From the NCBI GenBank assembly GCA_951406725.2, contig OX597820.1, positions 63,860,001 through 63,924,000 on the forward strand: a stretch of DNA of 64,000 nucleotides, written 5' to 3'. The notes under the pieces are model-generated. The model was not told where the DNA came from and did no database searches. It was given only the letters and a program-made list of their open reading frames with translations. Origin of the DNA: Octopus vulgaris. Its lineage: Eukaryota. This document shows, in pieces, positions 1 to 13,925 of the stretch. Every line of letters starts with the position of its first letter. Within the stretch, counting starts at the first letter, position 1. Position numbers and translations under genes: made by a program.

Positions 1-881
1 TCTTCCATGTTCTTTTGCATGGGTTGGAGAAACTAAAAGACCACTGAAATAAATGTGCGAAATAAATTTGTGAGAGTGGAATATTTTGAACAAAATGTGT
101 ATGCGCGCGTGCGAGCGTGTATATATCGCTGCGATTCAATTTTAATCTATCGTATTGTGGATGGCTCCAAGAACATAGAGCAGTGCAGAATATTGAATAT
201 CACTATAGCTTTCAAAATAAACAGTTACATCTGTGAATAACTATCACCTTGTACGTTTTGCTAGTTTTTTTTCTTTTCTTTTTCTTTTTTTTTTTCTTCA
301 TATTCAACTCCATTTTCTCCCTTCTGCTCTGGACTTAACGAAAGATTTACATACCGAATCGTCCGTCTATCCTTCTTTTTTCTAGATAGCTTTAAATATT
401 CTGAGTTTGTACACTCGTAGCTGGTTTTGTTATTTTTACATTTTGTCCATTTTCTCCCTTATATTTACTTGTGCATCATTTGGTTATTCTGTTACCTGGA
501 TATAGATTTAAAATAAACACGGACCAACTGCGTAATTTAATTAATTGTTCTCTTATTTTAGACAACGAGAGATGCATATATGTTGTCTTATATAACCTGT
601 TTCTGCATGAAGATAAAATAGTTGTGATCTATATATATGACTACAGAAATGCCGGACCTTAATCACCTTTAAGTAAAGTTCATTGCTACTATTACCTCCT
701 ATGCAAAAAAATCAGAGAAGCAACTGCTATACTAGTGGTTCCCAAAAACTTCGGGCTGCCGCACACCTTGACTCCGGCTCTGCATTCCTAGCGCCTCCTG
801 ACTAGCCGTCACAAACATAGACCACTTTCTAAAGCAAATTAAAAGCAACTGTATGTCACAAATAAAACTTAATAAATAAAA

Positions 882-1285
882 GGCGGCGAGCTGGCAGAAA
901 CGTTAGCACGCCGGGTGAAATGCTGAGAGGTATTTCGTCTGTCGCTACGTTCTGAGTTCAAATTCCGCCGAGGTCGACTTTGCCTTTCGGGGTCGATTAA
1001 ATAAGAACCAGTTTCGCACTGGGGTCGATGTAATCGACTTATTCCCTTTGTCTATCTTTCTTTGTCCCCTATATGTTTAGCCCCTTGTGGGTAGTAAAGA
1101 AATAAGTATTTCGTCTGCCGTTACGTTCTGAGTTCAAATTTCGCCGAGGTCGACTTTGCCTTTCATCCTTTCGGAATCGATTAAATAAGCACCAGTAACG
1201 CACTGGAGTCGATATAATCGACTTAATCCGTTTGTCTGTCCTTGTTTGTCAGCTCTGTGTTTAGCCCCTTGTGGGGATTAAAGTA
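882..1285 (+). mobile_element. tRNA-derived SINE, tandem dimer (Meta/MESC-like central domain)
   Basis: Head GGCGGCGAGCTGGCAGAAACG (A-box-like) ... GAGTTCAAATTCC (B-box-like), core GTCGACTTTGCCTTT(CATCCTTT)CGGGGTCGATTAAATAAG; the body is repeated from ~1107; many further copies in the window. Confidence 0.85.
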
Positions 1286-1629
1286 ATAACAAATAAAATT
1301 TAACCTAATGAACCTAATCTCTTGTTGTTTTTTACATGAATCACTAACCTATTATAGTCCCTCTTTTCTTCAACGCACCCTTGGAACTTTCCACTGCCTC
1401 CATGTGGGCAATATCGCTCCCTATGTGAACCACTGTGCTATGCCATCACTCGAGGTGCTATACATAGCAGCTAAATCTACCTTACAATACAACAAAGCAC
1501 TTAAACACTAATTCTTCGATAAAAGTTTTTGTGATATGCTTCGCCGGAAAAGAATGGATTGTCGGTGGACGGATGAATTTGATTATTGGTCCGATCCATC
1601 AAGGCTGCGAGCTGCCATAATCATGAGCA

Positions 1630-1800
1630 CCCTCTATTTAGTCCGTCTTTACGTTCTGAGCTCAGATTCCTCCACAGTTGATCTTGCTTTTCATCCTTTT
1701 GTGCTCCATGAAATAAGTACCAGTTGAGCACTGGCATCGATATAAACCATTTGGCCCCCTCCAGAAAATTGCAGGCGTTGTGTCTATTGTGGATAGGATT
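1630..1800 (+). mobile_element. Diverged SINE fragment, same family as 882-1285
   Basis: CGTTCTGAGCTCAGATTCC...GCTTTTCATCCTTTTGTG...AAATAAGTACCAGTTGAGCACTGG. Confidence 0.65.
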
Positions 1801-2454
1801 TATAAGTGATCTAATCAACAACAATATTTATGCAGGTCTAACTTGAACACAAGACTCGGTGTCAGGGAACGCCCTTCATCATAAGTTCAAACGATCTAGA
1901 ATTGCCTTCGTCTAGAAAAAAAGAGAACAATGATAATTAATGTTTGTGCAAACATGAAAGATGCAGCGAGTATTTCATATTGTTTTCACATTCGCTGATC
2001 AAAGAAATATTTAGAAAAGGAAGAGGTACTTTCACTTTGCGGCAGACTGTGTGAAGTGATTTCACTTGTGACACCACGTGACATATCTATAAAGAATGCC
2101 TCCCATCAAATGAACGTCATTTGGGATTTGCAACACTGAGAGGGCAACTACAGATTAATTTTTCTTTTTAAGAAAATAGAAACACAAAATTTTAACTGTA
2201 TCTTTCTCATATGGGCTCATAAATATAGCGATGTCGAAATCAAATCTCCCTCCCATAACTCAGTACAGTTGTTACAACATATATATATATATATATATAT
2301 ACATACAAATATGTAAATAAATGTGTGTACGCTCGGCTGTTTCTGTGTGTGTGTGTGTGAGTGCATATCTATTTATATGAATGTATTGCATGTTTGTGTG
2401 TGTGTGTGTGGGCGTATATATATGTGTGTATATATATGCGTGTGTGTGTACGTG

Positions 2455-2503
<49 letters not shown>

Positions 2504-2577
2504 TGTTTGTGTGTCTGTGTGTATGTGAGTGTATGGACAATCCAACAGAAATGGATTTAAACAGAGGCAACCTTTCT

Positions 2578-2597
2578 GCTACTACTGCTACTATTAA

Positions 2598-2638
<41 letters not shown>

Positions 2639-2794
2639 TTACTACTACTACTACTACTACTAGTACTACTACTATTATAATATACATACGTAGAGTCAAT
2701 TGAACCAAAATATACAGCAACGCTTTTTCAAAGATTAAATGGATAAAAGAGAGACAATCGCCACTACTATTACTACTACTATTACTACTACTAT

Positions 2795-2844
<50 letters not shown>

Positions 2845-2943
2845 GTGCTACTACTATTATAATATACATACGTAGAGTCAATTGAACCAAAATATACAGC
2901 AACGCTTTTTCAAAGATTAAATGGATAAAAGAGAGACAATCGC
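2578..2943. repeat. Tandem duplication (~182 bp period): (ACT)n tract plus a ~90 bp unique segment
   Basis: Segment ATTATAATATACATACGTAGAGTCAATTGAACC...GAGAGACAATCGC is identical at ~2672-2761 and ~2854-2943. Confidence 0.9.
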
Positions 2944-2961
2944 GCGTGCACGCAGGCACAT

Positions 2962-3049
<88 letters not shown>

Positions 3050-3276
3050 GACACAGCGAGATCAAGAGTGATAAAGAGAGGGAGCTTGAGAAAGAGAGAG
3101 AGGGATATAAAAGAAAGCACACAAGTACACGTACACGCACATACATATACCTGGGTATCTGTATATAAATAGAGAGTGAGAGGAGAGAGGGAGAGAGAGA
3201 CCTGGAGAGAAGAAAGGATATGTGCGATTACATGCATATACGTTTAGCCATAGTATAAATGATAACAAAGAAATAT

Positions 3277-3493
3277 ACTCTTTTACATGTTTCAGTCATT
3301 TCACTGTGGCCATGCTAGAGCACCGCCTTTAGTCCAGCAAATTGACCCCAGGACATATTATTTGTAAGCCTAGTACTTATTCTATCGGTCCATTTTGTCG
3401 AACCGCTAAGTTACGGGAACGTAAACCCACCAGCATCGGTTATCAAGCGATGTTGGTGGGGACAAACACAAGCACACAAACATATACACACAC

Positions 3494-3558
<65 letters not shown>

Positions 3559-3700
3559 ACGGGCTTCTTTCAGTTTCCGTCAACCAAATCCACTCAGAAG
3601 GCTTTGGTCAGCCCGAAGCTATAGTAGAAAGTGCCATGCTGTGGGACTGAACCCGGAACCATGTAGTTCATAAGCAAGCTACTTACCACACAGCCACTCC
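3277..3700 (-). mobile_element. tRNA-derived SINE (second family) with internal (TA)n
   Basis: Minus-strand head AGGAGTGGCTGTGTGGTAAG...GGTTCCGGGTTCAGTCCC (A/B boxes); tail GGCGGTGCTCTAGCATGGCCACAG...CTGAAACATGTAAAAGAG. Confidence 0.85.
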
Positions 3701-4019
3701 TACGTGTATACATACATGAAAAATTAATCCTACGCAGAGAGCGTCATACTTTACAGTCTTGCAAATGTAAAATATGAACAAAAATTTCAAGGATGGCTGC
3801 TGACTATTTCGCGAAATTTGAATGCAAATACCGACATAAGACAACTATAATATTTCCCCCAGTCAGATAGGGATGAGGTAGAGCGTTAAGTGTATGGTGT
3901 TAACGGTGAAAGAGCTGGTGAAGGTATGTGAGGTAGCTCTGGTCGTTATTACTGATGTTCATGATGTGATGTAATGTAATGTGATGCGATATGATGAGAT
4001 GATGTATAGTTAACCTTAA

Positions 4020-4260
4020 TATAAATATGAAAGAAGTACAGATACGACTGACGAGATAATAAAGCTAAAAGTTCATCTGCATCTTACGAAGGGCACTACA
4101 TTCAGTCACAAGTACTTGGATGAGAATTTTACGAGGGTAAATTGAAGCAAAATATTGGAAGAAGACGCTTGAAGTTTACAAATTCAGCAGAGATGTACGT
4201 ATGAAATAAAAACTGACAAGGAACACGAGCAGAAATTTAGTGGAACATCATATCAAAGGA
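4020..4260 (+). pseudogene. Possible decayed RTE-like LINE ORF C-terminal fragment
   Basis: Reads FYEGKLKQNIGRRRLKF at ~4127-4177, resembling the RTE C-terminal 'EGKxxGxRxRGRPR' region; heavily degenerate. Confidence 0.3.
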
Positions 4261-4516
4261 GAAGAAAATACCTTCAGTACGTAGTTATTCATGCAACGGA
4301 TCCAATTTTCAGCACGCAGAGATGCACGTACACGTATACAATGTTCTTATTATCGTTAATATCATCTTTCATTATATTTATATATATTTGCACACACATA
4401 GACACATGAACACTCTCGTATGCGTACATACATGCAGACATATGTGTGTGTGTGTGTGTGTGTGTGTGGGTTTGTTTGCGTGTGTGTGTGTGTGTGTACA
4501 CCGCTTCATGTATATG

Positions 4517-4554
<38 letters not shown>

Positions 4555-4567
4555 ATATATATCTATA

Positions 4568-4616
<49 letters not shown>

Positions 4617-4692
4617 GTATGCATAAAGTCTCGGCTGTGAGATTAACACAGCGCTTGCAGTAACTCTCACTTAAACATACTAACAATGATCG

Positions 4693-4920
4693 TCAGCTGG
4701 CAGAAATGTTAGCACGCCGGGCGAAATGCTGAGCGGTATTTCGTCTGCCGCTACGTTCTGAGTTCAATTTCCGCTGAGGTCGACTTTGCCTTTCATCCTT
4801 TCGGGGTCGATTAAATAAGTACCAATTACGCACTGGGTTAGATGTAATCGACTTAATCTCTTTGTCTATCCTTCTTTGCCCCCTCTTTGTTTAGCCCCTT
4901 GTGGGCAATTAGGAAATAAA
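4693..4920 (+). mobile_element. tRNA-derived SINE (same family as 882)
   Basis: CAGCTGGCAGAAATGTTAGCACGCCGGGCGAAATG...GCCTTTCATCCTTTCGGGGTCGATTAAATAAGTACC...GCCCCTTGTGGGC. Confidence 0.85.
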
Positions 4921-5029
4921 TGATTGTCAAACGTTGGTGAAGGCTAGACACGGACACAAAGATACACGAGTGTGCGAGCGCACGTACACACACACATACG
5001 CATATGTATAAGCGACGGGCTATTTTCTG

Positions 5030-5232
5030 TATTCGTCTGAAAGTTCCTGGCTTTAAGGTTATTACAAAAGAGCTGGCTGGTCAGCCAACTTTATAGAGTT
5101 TAGAAAATCTGAAGGACCAGTGCAATAAGTGTATGAATCTGTGAGGGGCATACTTTGGTTAAAATCATAATGTGCTGATTCTCCAGTATTTTCTTTTACT
5201 CAAAATCAATAGCTTTTCAGCACTACTTCATA
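5030..5232 (+). mobile_element. Mariner-derived non-autonomous fragment (3' end of transposase plus TIR-like ends)
   Basis: ENLKDQCNKCMNL*GAYFG-like translation resembles the mariner C-terminus; CTGAAAGTTCCTGGC and AGCTTTTCAGCAC are inverted-like ends. Confidence 0.45.
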
Positions 5233-6825
5233 TATTCATATGTATTTATATATAAACCAACAAATAAATTTGTAATTCTTGTATACTTCCACTTTATTTA
5301 TATTTGCAATTAAAAGAAGAAAACTTTTCAAAGTCTTTATCCAGTCCTCAAAATTAATCTTATGTAAGACATTTGCTTCATTACTTAGTAGAGATGAGGG
5401 ATCCTGAATATTACTTTAGCAAGTTTATAGTGATTTCCTTTGTGCTGTAAACCATTTACTATTTCTGTGGGTTTCTTTTTCTTTCCTTGATGCCATAAGC
5501 ACATATTTATTTTATTTCATGGTTAATCCAGTGCTGAAAGGAAGAACAGTAGCTATGATATTTGTGCCGAGCTTTCATGATGAGCAGAAGGAAAAGAAAA
5601 TGTGAATCATCCCTAGTCTGGAGGTCTGTTCTACAGGATAGAGTGGGCATTGCCATTGATATCCAAGGGTTAGATGGTGATGGTAAACTAAATGATTGAT
5701 CTAGTCTACCTTCTGAGATCATGTAGAGTTCATTTAATAATTTCTGCTCAATCTACATCTACTCAGCTTCACTACCAGGTTTGTGTCAATCCACATATAT
5801 GATAAAAGAAGCTTACCGAAGATACTGTCCATTGAGTTTGAACCTGAAATGACATGATTATGAAACAGCTTTCTTGACCTCGAGGTTTAACTTTTAGTAT
5901 ATCATATTAATTGTCCTGATGAAAGTCATTTTGTAAAAAGAAATGCAATAATAATCCATTAGCTATCATTGCTCTCTCTGGCAAGCCTTTGTTATATAAC
6001 CACTATCCCTGCATTTGTTGGCAACATCAGCCATAAACTATATTTTCGTTCCATCTCCACATTTTCACCATAATTATAATTCTTTTTCTCTTTTCAACCT
6101 TATATGTAAATGTAGATCTCTTTTGATTTGGAATGTAATGTCGAAAATTCATGCCTTGTGCTTATGGAATAAATAATTGTTGTTTTCCTTGTTGTCGAAA
6201 TTGTGGTTTCTAATTTAGGCAAAAACCGATAATTCTGAAGGGAATGGAGTCAATACGATCAACCCGGGTACATGATTGGTACTTTATTATGTCAATGCTA
6301 TTAATATGAAAGGCAGAATCACTTCAGCAGGATTTGAAGCAATCACCTAGGCAGGACTTGAAGTCATAACGTAAAGATCAGAAATAAGATCCGAGATATA
6401 TTTCATCCAAAGCACTATCAATTCCGTCGAAGACACTCACACACATACCTTATTCTCTGTCTCAAACTTCTTAATCTCCCTGTATAGTTCACTCTCTCTC
6501 TCTCTCTCTCTCACTTTTTCTATTTCTCTCTATCACTTTCGCTTTCTCTTTTTCTCTCCCTGTGTATGTACGAATGCATGTATATGTGTATTAATATGTA
6601 TGTGCTTGTATATGTAAATACATATATACATACTACATATATATATATACGATTCAGGCATATATACATATGATTATATATATACGTACATTTGTATAAT
6701 ATTTATATATACATAGATATGTGTGTGTAGGTAGGTAGCTATGTATGTAGGAATGTGCTTTGTTCATATATAAGTATGTCTGGAATAGAGAGTATGCGTG
6801 CTATAGAAGGATAATATTCATACAA

Positions 6826-6891
<66 letters not shown>

Positions 6892-6897
6892 ATATAC

Positions 6898-6928
<31 letters not shown>

Positions 6929-7624
6929 CCTATATATATATATCTGTCTATACATATATGATTGTTGAATATAAGAATTGTTGTACGTTTCTTATTTTTA
7001 CGTGTCTGCATTTTTTTTATATGCCTCTGTATGATTCTTTGTACTTCTGTAGATAACTCGATTTCGGTTACATAAAATAAAAGACGGAAGTAAATAAGCA
7101 ATGATATATATATCAAGGAAATCATTCGTCAAAGAATGTAGAATTGGTGCTAAGATAAAGAGAAAGACACAAAATAGACCAGAGAACAAATGGAAACAAG
7201 TGATGGATGATAGAGATATGCCTTTGTTAGAATGTTCACTCTCTTTGTTGTAATATATATTCTTACTGTCTGATGTTGGTTGTAAAGCCTCTGGTCACTT
7301 CTGATTGCACACGCATATGATCATATATATATTCAGCCGAGACTATCTCGTCGATTATTTTATTTATCTATTTATATACTTTTTTCTGATATATCACATG
7401 CTGGTTTATATTAACCAGTCTGTCCTTGTTCCTATTATGATACATGGTTTTGAGAGGCATTGTATGCTATTTCTAGCAAGAGATTTTACCACTTTGAAGA
7501 CAATTTCGCTGATGTTAATTTTTGCTTCTTTTTTTCCTTTAAAACTTAAGTCAATCCTCCTTCATCAGTTTTATGATCACAAGCATTCTAGACTACGCCA
7601 TGCTTTTTGTATCTGTTCTTTTAA

Positions 7625-7865
7625 TTGTTTGTCATTGAATTGCGGCCATGCCTCAGCACCGCCTGCAAAGATTTAGCCAATCAATTCGAGCATCAATACA
7701 TATTTTTTAAAGTAAGGTATTTATTCCATCGGTTTCTTTTTGACGAACGGCTACCTTACGGAAATGAAAACAAACCAGCACCAGTTGTCAAGCAGCGGTG
7801 TAAGGGAAACACAACACAAACACATATACCGACCATACCACGCATTGGGTCTGAACCCGAAACTA
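7625..7865 (-). mobile_element. Diverged SINE (family of 3277-3700)
   Basis: GTCATTGAATTGCGGCCATGCC...CACCAGTTGTCAAGCAG...CTGAACCCGAAAC. Confidence 0.6.
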
Positions 7866-7888
7866 TATAATTTGCAAATATCTGTCTG

Positions 7889-7949
<61 letters not shown>

Positions 7950-7971
7950 GTGTCTGTCTGTCTGTCTTGTG

Positions 7972-8044
<73 letters not shown>

Positions 8045-8669
8045 GCATATATACCCATCTATCTATCTATATATATATATATCTGCAAATACATTGATAG
8101 ATACACGGCAACACATACACACATACATACAGAAAATACTTAAATGCATCAGACACAAAAAGAAAAACGCTTACCCATACAACCACGCCTGCGCTATATT
8201 ACATTTTACACAGTGTTTCCCACCCCAGGCATCGTAGCACTTGAGTGCTGAAACTTATTACACAATGTGTTAGAAATTTAAATTCATATCGACCGTCCTC
8301 CCAACATCAATAGCGAAGATTTAACTTGGGAGCATTGACCTAATCTGCATGTCTTAAAAGAGCGTCATGCACATACAACTATGTTATTTAACCTGTACCA
8401 CGTATGGTAGATTTGAACCATTATTGTAACCGTGATGTTATGATGACCTGATGAGCTTTCTTTATTTGCACTAATTCTTTTTGAATTAGTTGTATTTCCT
8501 AACGCATAGCATGCTTATCATTGTAAACATTGTATAACGTATAGTATGCATCTTAATGTAAACATGTAAACATAAGTGTATTCCACACCACTTAAAATAC
8601 TACATGGAGAAAGTTACGAAACGGTTGTAATCTTAAGGATGTAACGTGGTTTTGAAACATTCTTTTAGT

Positions 8670-8934
8670 ACATTATTTACTTTGTCCTCATCTTGTATGT
8701 TGTTAACATTTCGTTATTGAAGAATAACAATAATAATTATATTGATAACATCGAAAAATACCTTAGAAATGAGAACCCAGGTTCGAAATTTCCCCCAAGA
8801 CACCTGAAGAAGGCTGGAGGGTATATCAGCCGAAACGTTGTGTTAACAACAAACAAGATGAGAACAAATATCCGTCGAATGTAAATAATGTAAATAATGT
8901 ACCTAATTCCTCATCTCTTAAATATAGAACTGTA
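8670..8934 (+). mobile_element. HHR-bearing non-autonomous retroelement (tail monomer with inverted left end)
   Basis: CATCGAAAAATACCTTAG...CCTCATCTCTTAAATATAGAACTGTA, also seen at 15133, 19449, 24007 and 24369; 8670-8712 is an inverted partial copy of the tail. Confidence 0.8.
8799..8844 (+). ncRNA. Minimal type I hammerhead ribozyme motif
   Basis: GACAC-CTGAAGA-A-GGCTG(gagggtatat)CAGCC-GAAA-CG-TT-GTGTT: stem I GACAC/GTGTT, stem II GGCTG/CAGCC, palindromic stem III ACGT. Confidence 0.75.
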
Positions 8935-9479
8935 TTCTTTTAGTAGTATATTATCTAACTAAGCATCCTTACATTTATCTCCACAGAGAAAGACAGAGAG
9001 GCATTTGGCTTCTATTTCTAGAAGGTCGGTCAACAACGTATAGGCTGTCTTGTTCAGTTTAGTTTGTTGTTGAAAATTTGTTTTGTTGCTTAATCACACG
9101 ACAGACCGGAGAAATCAGAATTGTGTATATGATCTAAGACGCTTTAGTCTCGATAATCACGTTATTTTTTCTTGGTATTGAGTAATTATTCCTCAAATAT
9201 CAGATGTTAGCAAATATTTCTTTGGTTTGTTCAGTTCTGTGGTATGTGTGGTTTGAGAGATTTTGTGAAATGAGAATAGGAAAGAATTTTTAAAAAAGTA
9301 AAGTTACATTACTTGAATCAACGGAGAACGAAAATACAGAGGTGGAGATGTAAATAAAAACAACCGAAATATTTGGAGAAAAACGGTACGTATTTAAGAA
9401 CACAGAATGTTTGAAGGAATAGAGGAAAGGAAATCGAGGAAGAAATATTAATATAATTAAATATGGACAGTAAGATTAT

Positions 9480-10030
9480 GAACATTAACAGAATGGAAAT
9501 TTGTTATATATAAACAAACAGAAATATATAAACAAATAAAGGAACAAAGGAAGAGAGAAAGAAAGAATGAAGTAGAAAAAAGTTGGAAAGATAGACAGAA
9601 GCAATGAAAGAATGAACGAATTTGTGTATGAATGAATCATGAAATGAAAAGAAAATATGGGAAAACGAAAACAAAAACAAAGCAAGCTAGAGAGACAAAA
9701 GGAAGGAATAAAATTAAGAAGATAGCAAGAAAGACCTAAGGAAAGAATGAAAGAATGAATCAGCAAATGAAAGAGGAATAATACTGGAAAGAAAAAAAAA
9801 GGAATACTGCAAAAATAGAAATTGAAAAAGTGAAAGAAAGATGAAAAGGAAGATAAATAAGAATAAAGAAAGATGAAAAGAAACATGGAAAAAGAGAAAT
9901 AAGGAGGCAAATGAAAGAAGAAAGAAAGAAAGGATGAAAGAAAGAAAGAAAAAGGAGCAAAGACGAAAGAAGATAGAAAGAATGAAAGTAAGAAAGAAAG
10001 GAAAAGCTAAAGCGAAATATAAATTAATTA
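9480..10030. repeat. Purine-rich (GAAA-like) low-complexity region
   Basis: Strongly A/G-biased degenerate GAAA/GAAT repeats. Confidence 0.8.
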
Positions 10031-10596
10031 AAAACAAAGAAAATAACTGTTTAATTTTAAAAGACGGCTAGAAAAAATGTAAGAAGGTGGATTAGCCAGC
10101 GTATTAGATATATTTACCTAGTCACATCTCCAAGATTAGTTTCACTTTCGTTCCCAACCTCAAATAAAGGGTACTGGCCAACACCTTTTGATCTTTCACA
10201 GCATACGGATATATATCAAAGTCTTCCATGTATCATCCTAAGAGACAAATTATTTTCGAGAGCAGTTTCTTGAAAATGTAGATTCTACAGATTTTTTTAT
10301 GCAGAGTGATAGGCAGAAATTCAAAAATATATAGATGATGAAGAAGAGCCATTAGACAAAATATATTATGTTCAATTTTGTTTTCTTGTTGATGTCATTG
10401 TCGTTCAACTACAGCCATGCTGGAGCATCAAGTTGGAGGGTATTAGTCGATGATATTGTCCTTTGTAATTATTTTAGTTTGATACGTATGTTAGCGATTT
10501 CCATTTGCGCCACATCCATTAAAATCTTTTTGTGTGTGTGTCTATCTAGCTATATATAAATCTATCTAGCTATATATAAATCAATCAATAGACAGA

Positions 10597-10790
<194 letters not shown>

Positions 10791-10991
10791 TAGGTAAGAG
10801 AGTGATAGAGAGAGAGAGAGAGTGGGTGAAAACAAAATAAAATCAGTATAGGAAACATAGAGTAGTGCTCAAATGATGAAGGTGAACTTAGACTCTGACT
10901 CTTTCATCCAAGACCGGTGTCTCGGTGTAGAAAGTTAGCTATAAGAGTAATCCTTGCCGGGTTAATTTTCTTTGTTTTCTAATCTGTATTT

Positions 10992-11068
<77 letters not shown>

Positions 11069-11102
11069 AGATTTGTGTATATGAATAGACATGTATATAT
11101 GC

Positions 11103-11152
<50 letters not shown>

Positions 11153-11166
11153 ACACAAGCACACAC

Positions 11167-11208
<42 letters not shown>

Positions 11209-11558
11209 GCGAGTCAAGACCAATTTATTTCGTAGTTAAATAATTCTCAGGGCATGTTGTTGTGAAATGAATTTATTAATCACACGCCAAATCATATACC
11301 TTATACGCACACACCCATACACCCCCCCCAAAGATACAGGCACGCGCGCGCACGCACACATTCATGTACACGTACATACAACTATATCCATGTATGTATA
11401 TATGTATGTATGTTTTCATGTATGTATGTATGTATGAGCAAAGCGATGATACATAAAAACAAATTAAAAAGGGGTGACTAAAGAATTAGAGATCGAAATA
11501 GAAAGAGAGACGAGATATACAGAGAGTGAGAGAGAGAGAGAGAAAGGGAGAGAGAGAA

Positions 11559-11606
<48 letters not shown>

Positions 11607-12681
11607 AACATCTAGAAGCGTGTGATACATAGAATAAATGAAATTGCAAATCGACATAGAGGTGGAAAATGGGATTGGTGATTTAAAAGTCTGTAATTGA
11701 CATATTTAGTGATATGAAATAGGGGCCAGATATTTATAAAGGGTAGGTGTCACATACGGTTGATCCCCTTTTTGCTTTGCTGACCTCGGATATTCAGTAT
11801 TACTGGATTGTATTAATGTGTAGGGGGCTGGTTATTTACTTGCTGGGCCGGATGTATGGACTTGGTTGGAGAATGTTGAACGAAGAGGAAGTACTTTGGG
11901 AATTATAGAGGAGAGAAGGAGAGGAGAGAAGGAGAAATGGAGAGAGACAGCGTTAGAGGGAGTTTGAGAGGCGAGAGAAAAAGAAGTGAGAGAAAGAAAG
12001 TTTAAGATGCTGAGATAATAATTCATATGAGTTATGCTAAAGATTCAGAAGAGTGTCGCAAGCAAGGTCACATAGTTCAATCGCTCATCCTTCTGAATTC
12101 AAAACCCGTTAATGATGAGAATTCATTAATAATGTTGGATGTGGTGACGGTGTGAGGCGTGGGCAAGATTCGTTGATTATCGCACAAAATGATTTGCGAT
12201 ATTTCGTTAGATTCTATTATAATATGAATTCAAATCTTGCGCGGGGACTAATTTATCTTTCATCTTTCCAGAGTTGGGGGATGTTGCTTAGCTATTTAAA
12301 CCAATGTCCACAGTGATCAAAAGTATTTATTTTTCAAAGTCGTTCCAGCTTTGACCATCCTCACATTTTTGTATAGTTCATTTCTCTAAGACTATATTAA
12401 CTAATTCAATATTTACGTTTTGTAAAGCGGCACTATGTGCTGTGAGGGAGTGTTAGCTGCTAATTCTAGCAGGTTTAGTGATCGTGTAGAATATTCCTCG
12501 TTAGATCGTGCTTTTAGAATTGATAAAGGCATTCCCCTCAATTATTGGGTCCTTTTTTCCGTCTTAAATTTCGTGGTTCCATTTATACTAAACAAATCAT
12601 GGAGGTAAATTATGTTTGCCTATCTCTCTTTGTCTCTCTCACTCCATCTATCTATTTATCTATCTATCCATCCATCTATCC

Positions 12682-12758
<77 letters not shown>

Positions 12759-13124
12759 CCTACCTCCCTCCCTACCTACCTATCATGAATCGTGTCTTGT
12801 ACATGAGTCCTCAAGTGAATTTATTGAAAGTGGGTGAAAGTTGCGAAAATGTCAAGAGTGCATGGTACTACACTAAGCATAAAGCTGTGAGTGGGAATAC
12901 ATGTATTGGAAAAGGGACCTGCCCTTGAGATTTCAGGGAGATCTTGGACGGCGGGGTTCCCGATTTTCCCTAGAAGTTCTGTGTCAAAAGAGCCATGAGA
13001 TCCACCCTTTATTTTTCATTCTTTTCATTTTATTTTTACTATTGTAGACTACGTATGCTTCACTTCTCTGCTATTATTGTATATAGTTTATACTTTCTAT
13101 ACATACACACACGCACAAACACAC

Positions 13125-13208
<84 letters not shown>

Positions 13209-13299
13209 CTCTCATTTCATTATATGTAAATCCCAACACTTGATGTCTCTTTGTATCTTACCCACACAGCATTCGCCCTAGTAGCAAATAAAAGAAATG

Positions 13300-13537
<238 letters not shown>

Positions 13538-13540
<3 letters not shown>

Positions 13541-13925
13541 AAATCTTCCTAAGGTTTCTTGCAGAATATAGTATGATACTCTCTTGCAGGTCGACATGTC
13601 GAGTTTCAGTCCCAATCTCTTTCAGTCTCTTAGGTAGCATTTTGTGTGTTGTGCCAAGTGCACTATTTACTACAAGAATAATTGTTGATTTAGTCTTCCA
13701 CAGTCTCTTCAGATCTCTAACTACATCCTGATATTACCCAATTGTTTGTTTGTTTTTCAATTTCTTTGCTATCGACTCTGTTATCATAGCTAGCTGCAAA
13801 ATTTATGATCTCACACTGTTTATTTTTATCCTCTCAAGGAGACACTATATAAGTTTTGACTGGCTGCCATCAACAAGCATGATGGCGTTGTGCCGTGCTG
13901 ATATGATCAACTGGGTATTTTTTTT
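13538..13925 (-). mobile_element. R4/Dong-type non-LTR retrotransposon 3' fragment (RLE domain), decayed
   Basis: Minus-strand translation ...ASYDNRVDSKEIEK...YQDVVRDLKRLWKTKSTIILVVNSALGTTHKMLPKRLKEIGTETRHVDLQESIILYSARNLRKIL, followed by (TAA)n; homologous to the C-terminus of ORF 17675-19225. Confidence 0.8.

Noticed and set aside
882-1285. CRISPR-like or prokaryotic repeat system
   Set aside because: The repeats are eukaryotic SINE dimers and microsatellites; there is no repeat-spacer array and no cas-like ORF.
5914-5950. CTGATGA matches here and at ~8448; HHR-like remnants at ~335 and ~7060-7135
   Set aside because: No properly spaced GAAA with pairable stems; consistent with chance or too decayed to call.
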